This document shows, one piece after another, positions 53,629 through 60,304 of a stretch of DNA of 60,304 nucleotides. The first letter of the stretch is position 1, and each line of letters begins with the position of its first letter. Source of the DNA: Streptomyces virus StarPlatinum (Duplodnaviria; Heunggongvirae; Uroviricota; Caudoviricetes). The translations under genes and the position numbers were made by a program. The stretch lies in the IMG/VR virus record IMGVR_UViG_2974628900_000001, positions 1-60,304 of that record, one strand, 5' to 3'. Below the pieces are notes generated by a model that ran no database searches, was not told the DNA's origin, and was given only the letters and a program-made list of their open reading frames with translations.

Positions 53629-53880
53629 TTGAAGACGAGTAAGTTCTGGAAGGACGCTTTTGAGCGTGCAGTTAAGACTTTTGCTCAGTCCGCAGTTGCC
53701 ATTATGGCAGTATCCACTTCTCTATTTGATGTAAGCTGGGTACAGGCTGCTGGTACAGCGGGTCTTGCTGCTCTAGTCTCACTGCTAACTTCTATCGGTT
53801 CTGCTGGTGTCGGTAGCTCTGAGAGCCCATCCCTTGTGGTTGACACAAAGGATAAGGTACCAGGCGTTGAATCATACTAA
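53629..53880 (+). CDS. Holin (actinophage r1t-like)
   Basis: KFWKDAFERAVKTFAQ...AALVSLLTSI motif. Confidence 0.85.
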   Translation: MKTSKFWKDAFERAVKTFAQSAVAIMAVSTSLFDVSWVQAAGTAGLAALVSLLTSIGSAGVGSSESPSLVVDTKDKVPGVESY

Positions 53881-54046
53881 GTGTGGTGGCAGGGTATTCA
53901 TCGACAGAGTGTATTCTGAGAAGAATCACCTGGAACTAGCATGTATTGAGTGTGGTTCTAGATGGATGCTTGATAAGACCAAGAATAAGCTTGCGGCATG
54001 GCTGATCGCTAGAGAGCGTAACTACTCTACTCAGTTTGCCCGGTGA
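53867..54046 (+). CDS. Small Zn-ribbon protein
   Basis: KCGGRVFID...LACIECG; TTG start overlaps the holin end. Confidence 0.65.
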   Translation: MNHTKCGGRVFIDRVYSEKNHLELACIECGSRWMLDKTKNKLAAWLIARERNYSTQFAR

Positions 54047-54085
54047 GAGTGAAGGATGCTATACTCTACATAGCACTTCCCCTGC

Positions 54086-54643
54086 GTGGAATGCGCAGGG
54101 GATTTTAATTTGGAGGACATATTGGGAGACAAACCAGGCAGCAGAAGGGGACAAAAGAACCCTAGCCTGTATTTCTTTCTCGATGGTCAAGCTCACAAGA
54201 AACTCCAAGTCAATCACGCGGCTGACATTCTCGTGGCATGGAATTATCCTGAGAAGAAGCGAGTGGCCTATGTGCTGACTGTCGCAAGAAAGAATATGGA
54301 AAAGGCATTCTTTACCAAGCAGGTGGAAGAAATGGTCGGAAGAACAAGAGAGTCCATGATCGGATATATTCGAAAGGGACTCATCAGGCGACCATACCTA
54401 ACCTACTCTCTTGACGGACAGGGCAAGCCTGGTCTATACTTGTGGACTGAGCAGGATGTTCTTGACTTGCACGACATGATGTTGAATCATGGACCGGGCA
54501 GACCAAGAAACGATGGCCAGCCAGTGAGAACGAATCTACCATCAAAGGCAGAATTGCTAGCAATGATGCGCAATGAGGTAGTTCTATACACGAAGACCAG
54601 TGGCGGTGGATTCACACCAGTGTGGCAGGCAAAAGATTGGTAA
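54086..54643 (+). CDS. Helix-turn-helix (MerR-like) DNA-binding protein
   Basis: FFTKQVEEMVGRTRESMIGYIRKGLI...LWTEQDV; TTGCCC-18-TATACT promoter; start uncertain. Confidence 0.65.
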   Translation: MECAGDFNLEDILGDKPGSRRGQKNPSLYFFLDGQAHKKLQVNHAADILVAWNYPEKKRVAYVLTVARKNMEKAFFTKQVEEMVGRTRESMIGYIRKGLIRRPYLTYSLDGQGKPGLYLWTEQDVLDLHDMMLNHGPGRPRNDGQPVRTNLPSKAELLAMMRNEVVLYTKTSGGGFTPVWQAKDW

Positions 54644-54646
54644 GCA

Positions 54647-54931
54647 ATGGCAACTACTAAGGCCAAGTACACACCTTTTGGTGACCGAGTAAATCCCGGT
54701 GTAGCGATCATCCAAGCTGCTAACGCTCTTGACGTAGCGGCTGCACTTGCGGTAGAGTCTAGAGACTCAGACGCACTTCTTAAGGTAGCGGCCATGTGGG
54801 TTGATATCAGCGGCCGACTGGTGTACGATGATGACGAGGACGGCGAAGACGTACTAGAAGGCGAACGTCGTCCATTTGGGTTTTCAACGACGAGCGACAT
54901 CGGAGAGGAGGACGACGAACAAAATGAGTGA
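54647..54931 (+). CDS. Hypothetical protein
   Basis: Operon member. Confidence 0.7.
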   Translation: MATTKAKYTPFGDRVNPGVAIIQAANALDVAAALAVESRDSDALLKVAAMWVDISGRLVYDDDEDGEDVLEGERRPFGFSTTSDIGEEDDEQNE

Positions 54932-55124
54932 AAAGGTAAGCTGGGGAATTACGTATAAGCACAACCTTGGCAATTTCCAGAACGTTGACATTACGGCTGG
55001 CGCAGAAACTGATCTTCTACCGGGAGAAACGGTGGACGAAGGTCTCAAGCGAGTTTCAGACGATGTTCTTGGAAGCTTCTTCTCAAGGCTAACAGAGATT
55101 GTTGATACTCTGGAGGATAAGTGA
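54924..55124 (+). CDS. Hypothetical protein
   Basis: ATG 54924 overlaps the upstream stop. Confidence 0.7.
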   Translation: MSEKVSWGITYKHNLGNFQNVDITAGAETDLLPGETVDEGLKRVSDDVLGSFFSRLTEIVDTLEDK

Positions 55125-55474
55125 ATCAGAGAGAGCAGTCATGGGCGCTGATCACTCTATACAAGAGGCTGTATAAGAAGAGGTATGGAATTGATTCAAC
55201 AATGAATTCATACTCAGCCCAATGGAATTTTCAGGCCATTCTAAAGCTGAAAGATCTTTCTTATCAGCAATTGAGAGATGTTATCGAATACTATTTCACC
55301 TGTGATGCAAACGGGCACAGTATCGATACATTTTTCAACAAGTACATGGAGCTTAACAGAATGCGTCTGGATTTGATCAGAGACGCAGAGAAGCGCAAGC
55401 AAATTATGGCTGAGACAGCCGAGCGAGTTCGAAGGATGGAGGAACGTGCCAACAACAGCGGAGAAGCTAATTAA
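55121..55474 (+). CDS. Hypothetical protein upstream of the helicase
   Basis: GGAGGA RBS; overlaps dnaB. Confidence 0.7.
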   Translation: MNQREQSWALITLYKRLYKKRYGIDSTMNSYSAQWNFQAILKLKDLSYQQLRDVIEYYFTCDANGHSIDTFFNKYMELNRMRLDLIRDAEKRKQIMAETAERVRRMEERANNSGEAN

Positions 55475-56666
55475 TTCAGTCTGCGCGACAAAGCAGATTG
55501 CTCCACTAATGGCGGACAACGTTGATGATCTATTCGGTCCTTTCCGGGACGTGTGGATCTCAATGCGTCAGTATTACATGCAGTACAAGTCCATCCCGGA
55601 CATCACCGTTCTGACTGATAAGTTCAAGCAGCTAGAGGCAGTGCAGGCTGACGCCGAACCTGCCTTCTATCTGGAGGAGCTAAAGTCAGAATTCCTGTAC
55701 TCTCGCATGGATGAGATCATGCAGAAGGGTATGGGAGCGCTAGACAAGTACGCACCTGCTCAGGTTCTTGATAAGCTGATGCAGGAGCTAGGCAATCTTG
55801 GTCGATTCACAAACAACGTCCGCGACCTTGATATCACTGACTACGAGCAGGCCGAAAGACACCTTCTAACCGTCAAGGAAAAGGCGGCGGTAACGGGTGC
55901 AGTCGGTATCAAGACGAACGTTAAAGCAATTGATGCAGCCTATCCTACGGGCATGGCTGGTGGTCACTTCATCGTAGCTATTGGTTGGCCTGGCCGTGGT
56001 AAGACATGGTTCACTGCCTATCTAGCTATTCAGGCGTGGCTACAGGGCTACAAGCCCATGATCGTCTCTCTTGAGATGAGTCCTGAGAACATGCGAGACC
56101 GAATCTATACGATGATGGCCTCTGGTCTGTTCTCTGCCACTGACTTTGCTCGTGGGCAAATCAATATCGACAACTTCCGCGAATGGGGAAAGAAGTCTCT
56201 TACTGACAAGCCAGCATTCACTATCGTTTCTAACGAGGGTGTTGGTGACGTAACTCCTAACGTCGTACAGGGCAAGATTGAGCAGCACAGGCCAGACATT
56301 GTGATCTGTGACTATCACCAGCTCTTTACCGACAATGCAAAGTCAGCTAACCCTACTCAGCGAAACATGATGCTTTCAAAGGAATTCAAGCGTCTAGCCA
56401 TGACGAACAACATTCCTCTGATCGACATCACTGCTGCTACTAACAACGATGGTATCTCAGGTCAGGACAACCCTCCGATGCTGAGCCAGGTTGCATGGTC
56501 CAAGCAGATCGAGTATGATGCTGATATGGCCTTCGCGGTCCACCGTGACAACGACAGCGGCCTGATTGAAGTTATTTCCAGAAAGAACCGTCATGGTTCA
56601 GACTTCGGGTTCTTCCTTGAGGCTGATCTTGATCGCGGTATCTGGAAGGAAAGTTACGGCGTGTAA
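55446..56666 (+). CDS. dnaB: DnaB-like replicative helicase
   Basis: Walker A GWPGRGKT, SLEM, DIVICDYHQL, QIEYDAD and KNRHG motifs. Confidence 0.93.
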   Translation: MPTTAEKLINSVCATKQIAPLMADNVDDLFGPFRDVWISMRQYYMQYKSIPDITVLTDKFKQLEAVQADAEPAFYLEELKSEFLYSRMDEIMQKGMGALDKYAPAQVLDKLMQELGNLGRFTNNVRDLDITDYEQAERHLLTVKEKAAVTGAVGIKTNVKAIDAAYPTGMAGGHFIVAIGWPGRGKTWFTAYLAIQAWLQGYKPMIVSLEMSPENMRDRIYTMMASGLFSATDFARGQINIDNFREWGKKSLTDKPAFTIVSNEGVGDVTPNVVQGKIEQHRPDIVICDYHQLFTDNAKSANPTQRNMMLSKEFKRLAMTNNIPLIDITAATNNDGISGQDNPPMLSQVAWSKQIEYDADMAFAVHRDNDSGLIEVISRKNRHGSDFGFFLEADLDRGIWKESYGV

Positions 56667-56972
56667 ATGATGCATAGTCATGTCAAAAGGTTTCAGGTGG
56701 ACGGAATCATCAGAGATGATTCCGACTTTCCACGGCTGAGAGCACAATTTGAAGACATGCTGCTGACTGAAATGCGCGACCGTGGATGGGCTCCAATCCT
56801 CGATTTGGGGCCTTACTTTTCAACTGAATATAGAGAAGACGGATCATATAACTTTCTGATCACAGCATATGGGATATTTCTAGGGAGGCGAAAGGCTTGG
56901 GAGATCTCAGGGATATGCAATGGACAGGCAATACCAATGTCTACTCAGAGGAACAGATCGAAGCGGTCTTGA
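56667..56972 (+). CDS. Hypothetical protein
   Basis: Lies between helicase and primase. Confidence 0.7.
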   Translation: MMHSHVKRFQVDGIIRDDSDFPRLRAQFEDMLLTEMRDRGWAPILDLGPYFSTEYREDGSYNFLITAYGIFLGRRKAWEISGICNGQAIPMSTQRNRSKRS

Positions 56973-57973
56973 ATGACCTCGGTCTTGAGATCGACTCTGA
57001 AACCAGTAGGGATTTCATTTGCTTTTGTCCTTTTCACAACAACACGGAGACTCCAAGCTTTTCAGTTTCAAAGGCGACAGGAGTCTTCCTGTGCTTTAAC
57101 GCCATGTGTTCCGAGCGTGGTAACCTAGTTGAACTAGTCAAGAGAAAGTCAGCTTTTCCTCTCAAGGAGTTTGAAGCAATGCGCTTCATTCTCAAGAGGA
57201 AGACCGGCGCGAAGTTGACAGCTCAGCAGAAGATTGAGAAGATCAAGAAGCAGCGAGTTGATTTCGATATCATGCCTGCTGCGCCGTTTGATCGCATGTA
57301 CGAATCATTCTGGTCTTATCCGGATGCAGTTCGCTACATGGTTGAAGAACGAGGATTCGATGAAGATGTTCTCCGTGAATTCTACATTGGATACTCTGCT
57401 AGAAACGACATGATCACTGTTCCGATGCATGACCCGGAGGGGAATTACATTGGTCTGATCGGTCGTGCGCTTGAGTCTAAGCGTTTTAAGAATTCCACAG
57501 CACTTCCGGTTAGCCGGACAATGTGGAATTTGCACAGAGCAAAAAAGGCCGGTGACACAGTAATCATCTGTGAAGCTAGCTTTGATGCCATGAGAATCCA
57601 TCAAGCCGGTTATCCAAATGTAGTAGCATTGCTAGGTGGAAACCTAAGCAATCTGCACATCGACTTGCTTGAACGGTACTTCTCAGGTATCGTGATCATG
57701 ACGGACTTCGATGACAAGTCAAAGTACGTTCAGAAGAATTGCCGAAAGTGCGAAGACCCTAATGACTGCCAGGGTCACAATCCTGGTCGTGAGCTTGGAA
57801 ATCTAATTGCCAGTCGAGTTCGTGGAAAGCGAATTCGATGGGCTGCAACAGATTACAAGCTTGTGTATCCTCATGGAGCTAAGGACGCGGGCGACATGAC
57901 GGACAGTGAAATTGTTCATTGCATCAAGAACAGCGTGTCCAACTTTGAGTATCAGCAGTGGAGATTGACCTGA
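56897..57973 (+). CDS. dnaG: DNA primase (Zn finger + TOPRIM)
   Basis: CPFHNNTETPSF...FLCFNAMC; IICEASFDA; MTDFD; KDAGD. Start uncertain. Confidence 0.92.
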   Translation: MGDLRDMQWTGNTNVYSEEQIEAVLNDLGLEIDSETSRDFICFCPFHNNTETPSFSVSKATGVFLCFNAMCSERGNLVELVKRKSAFPLKEFEAMRFILKRKTGAKLTAQQKIEKIKKQRVDFDIMPAAPFDRMYESFWSYPDAVRYMVEERGFDEDVLREFYIGYSARNDMITVPMHDPEGNYIGLIGRALESKRFKNSTALPVSRTMWNLHRAKKAGDTVIICEASFDAMRIHQAGYPNVVALLGGNLSNLHIDLLERYFSGIVIMTDFDDKSKYVQKNCRKCEDPNDCQGHNPGRELGNLIASRVRGKRIRWAATDYKLVYPHGAKDAGDMTDSEIVHCIKNSVSNFEYQQWRLT

Positions 57974-58050
57974 TCAGCGACCTCTGCTATACTCTTTATA
58001 GTAGGTTCGTTAGAAGCCTCAATAAATCACACTAGGAGCAAATAAACTAA

Positions 58051-58860
58051 ATGTCAGAACTAAAGGGTCTCGATGCAATCCGCGCTTACAAGAAGAAGAT
58101 GGCCGAACAGGCGGCTGAGCGCGAGGAGCGAGCAAAGAATGCTGATCGTCCAAAGCCTAAGTATCTTCGTCTAGGAGTTGACGAGTCTGTAAAGGTTCGT
58201 TTCCTACAGGAGATGGACACTGAGGCAAGGAATTACGATCCCAACAAGGGTGTCGGTGTTGGTGCAGTTGAGCACCAGGGCCTAGATGGAAACTTCAAGT
58301 TCCGTGCAAACTGCACGATTGAAACCGACAGGGATAATCGCTGCTGGCCTTGTGAGAAGGCTCGTGTAGCAAAGCAGGGAAGCAAGGAGAAGGGTTACGG
58401 TCAGCGTCGTAACTACTACATCAACGTTCTCGTTGATCGTGGTGACGGCAATGAGCCAGAGGTTTACGTTCTAAGCCGTGGTCTAAACTCTTCATTCGTA
58501 GCTGACCTGATGGAGGAGACCGACGAAGAGGGCTCCATCACTGAGAAGACGTACAAGCTAACCCGTCGTGGTTCTGGTACTGACTCAACCTATTCTCTTC
58601 GTGAGGTAAAGAACGATACGACCTTTGACAATTTCGACTTCGATAGCCTAGAGCTATTCGATATCGAGTCTCAGGTTCTTCGTAACATTCCTTACGAGAC
58701 CGACTATGAAAAGAGAGTATTCAGTCAGGAGCAGTTCTACACTCAGTCTCCTGGTGACTGGAAGCGAATCTTCGCTAACGACGACGATGATGCTCAACCT
58801 GCAACTGCTTCAACGCAGAAGGCTGACGATGCCGCTACCTCAATTGAGGTTGGTTGGTAA
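58051..58860 (+). CDS. ssb: Single-stranded DNA-binding protein (gp32-like)
   Basis: VKVRFL, C..C..C Zn motif, YYINVLV, YKLTRRGSGTDSTY, acidic tail. TTGACC-17-TATACT promoter. Confidence 0.75.
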   Translation: MSELKGLDAIRAYKKKMAEQAAEREERAKNADRPKPKYLRLGVDESVKVRFLQEMDTEARNYDPNKGVGVGAVEHQGLDGNFKFRANCTIETDRDNRCWPCEKARVAKQGSKEKGYGQRRNYYINVLVDRGDGNEPEVYVLSRGLNSSFVADLMEETDEEGSITEKTYKLTRRGSGTDSTYSLREVKNDTTFDNFDFDSLELFDIESQVLRNIPYETDYEKRVFSQEQFYTQSPGDWKRIFANDDDDAQPATASTQKADDAATSIEVGW

Positions 58861-58872
58861 TAGATTTGCGAG

Positions 58873-58927
58873 TGGCCCCCGAAAGGGGGCCTTCTTGCTT
58901 GACAGCTCTGATCAGGGCTGATAGTGT
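58873..58927 (+). terminator. Terminator followed by the dnaE promoter
   Basis: GGCCCCC-GAAA-GGGGGCC-TTCTT; TTGACA (58899)-17-TAGTGT. Confidence 0.8.
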
Positions 58928-58953
58928 AGACCTACACAACAAGAAAGGTAACC

Positions 58954-60304
58954 ATGAACATTACTGAGCTTCACCTTCATGATTACTACTCAGCTCTTGA
59001 TGGATTGAATTCCCCCGATGAGTATATGGCTCGGGCCAAGGAGCTGGGGATGACACATCTTTCTCAGACTAACCACGGAACACTGGCAGGGCATCGAGAC
59101 TTTCAGCGAGCGGCCAAGGATGCAGGCATTGTGCCTATTCTCGGCGTTGAGGCTTATATCTCCGAGACTGGTCGTTTCGATAAGACTGCCAAGAACAAGC
59201 GGACAGACGGTACCAGCGTCTACAATCACCTCATCATCCTTTCTCAGAATGAGACTGGACTCAAGACCCTACAGACCATTAACGAAATTGCGTGGCGCGA
59301 AGGCTACTACTACAAGCCACGTATCGACATGGAGGTTCTTGAGGAGCACAATGACGGGCTGATCGTTCTGTCTGGATGTCTCAATGGGCTCATCTGTAAG
59401 GCTCTTGAAGCTGGCAATGCCGAAAAGGCAATCAAGATCGCTCAGCGATTCAAGAGCATCTTCGGTGAGAGATTCTTCATTGAGGTGCAGGCTCACAATC
59501 CACTGGAAATGAATCAGGGTCTTCTGCACATTGCAGACTCTCTCGATATTCGCCCGGTGGTGACGAGTGACTGTCACTATGCTCGTAAGGAAGACCTGTG
59601 GATTGAAGAGGCAATGCTGATTCTCTCTACGAATCCTAAGAGCATTAAAGACGGCGAGTTCAACATGGCCAAGTCTCAGAAGATGGAAATCATGGAGAGG
59701 TTTAATTACCTCTATCCTAACCGAACGATGACGTTCCAGGAAATTGAGATCTATCTGCGATCTGCCGAGGAGCAGCGCAACGCATTCCTTGAGCAGGGTA
59801 TTGATCGAACCGATATCATCACCAATACGAATCTCGTGGCGGACATGATCGGTGACTATCCTTACCACGCTGGTCTTGATCTTCTTCCTAAGCCGAAGAA
59901 CGAAGACCCACAGGCTTTGCTTGAAAAGAAGGCCCGTGCTGGTCTAAAGAATCTTGGGCTTGATGGAGATGAGAAGTACGTCGCTCGTCTCGAAGAGGAA
60001 CTGAGCATCATCAAGCAGAAGGACTTCTCTGTCTACTTCATCATTGTAGGCAACATGATCAAGTGGGCTAAGGATCAGGGCATCCGTGTCGGTCCTGGCC
60101 GTGGTTCTGCCGCTGGAAGCCTTGTGTGCTACACACTGGGAATTACAGAAGTAGATCCGATCAAGTGGGGCCTGCTGTTTTTCCGATTTATCGACATCGG
60201 CCGTGATGACTGGCCTGACATCGACGTTGACTTCGCTGACCGTGATCGTGATAAGGTCAAGCAGTATCTTCGTCGTCAGTACAAGCACGTGGCTGAGATT
60301 GCTA
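58954..60304 (+). CDS. dnaE: DNA polymerase III alpha subunit (5' part, runs off the window)
   Basis: PHP domain HLHDYYSALDG...TNHG...GVEAY...HLIIL...KPRID; catalytic VGPGRGSAAGS and PDIDVDF. Confidence 0.95.
   Translation, partial: MNITELHLHDYYSALDGLNSPDEYMARAKELGMTHLSQTNHGTLAGHRDFQRAAKDAGIVPILGVEAYISETGRFDKTAKNKRTDGTSVYNHLIILSQNETGLKTLQTINEIAWREGYYYKPRIDMEVLEEHNDGLIVLSGCLNGLICKALEAGNAEKAIKIAQRFKSIFGERFFIEVQAHNPLEMNQGLLHIADSLDIRPVVTSDCHYARKEDLWIEEAMLILSTNPKSIKDGEFNMAKSQKMEIMERFNYLYPNRTMTFQEIEIYLRSAEEQRNAFLEQGIDRTDIITNTNLVADMIGDYPYHAGLDLLPKPKNEDPQALLEKKARAGLKNLGLDGDEKYVARLEEELSIIKQKDFSVYFIIVGNMIKWAKDQGIRVGPGRGSAAGSLVCYTLGITEVDPIKWGLLFFRFIDIGRDDWPDIDVDFADRDRDKVKQYLRRQYKHVAEIA

Larger units (their letters stand above)
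1..60304. mobile_element. Segment of a large lytic Streptomyces-type siphovirus genome (cluster BE/BK-like)
   Basis: Portal, protease, capsid, tail, tape measure, DnaB/DnaG/DnaE, RNR, ThyX and Lsr2 present. HrdB-like promoters. No integrase or repressor seen in the window. Host and cluster are inferred from recalled gene content. Confidence 0.9.

Noticed and set aside
19484-60304. Inteins or introns in RNR, DnaB, primase or DnaE
   Set aside because: The ORFs have normal lengths and continuous motifs, with no splice-junction or LAGLIDADG signatures in the visible parts.
18438-60304. Stop-codon reassignment
   Set aside because: Long genes are intact under the standard code.

Overview
This window is the left ~60 kb of a large lytic, long-tailed actinophage genome. 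Gene content and order resemble Streptomyces cluster BE/BK phages (Stanwilliamsviridae); this comes from recalled gene content, not a database search. (1) 1-12.2 kb is a leftward early region with host-like GC-rich codons, probably the long terminal repeat. It is built from ~20 tandem cassettes: sigma70/HrdB-type promoter, one or two small genes, a GC hairpin, and a conserved GCCGCCCCGG box. It carries DUF932, Lsr2-like, Gp88-like Fe-S, ParB-N and two ribosomal L7/L12-CTD-like genes. (2) 12.2-18.3 kb is a leftward accessory block: ThyX, a DUF2637-type membrane protein with 22 TGTCAC repeats in and just past its 3' end, Dps, tRNA-Thr(CGU), a membrane-anchored HNH, a secreted lysozyme-like protein and candidate ncRNAs. 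(3) 18.4-60.3 kb runs rightward: glycosyltransferase, class II RNR, amidase-LysM endolysin, EndoVII, head and tail modules (tape measure 2100+ aa), phosphoesterase, holin, then DnaB, primase, SSB and a truncated DnaE. The best leads are the DUF2637/TGTCAC array (a possible membrane DNA-tethering system), an 82-nt promoter-to-terminator RNA with two complementary hairpin loops, the GCCGCCCCGG cassette architecture, and paired L12 mimics alongside many leaderless genes. All coordinates not in the supplied ORF track were counted by hand.
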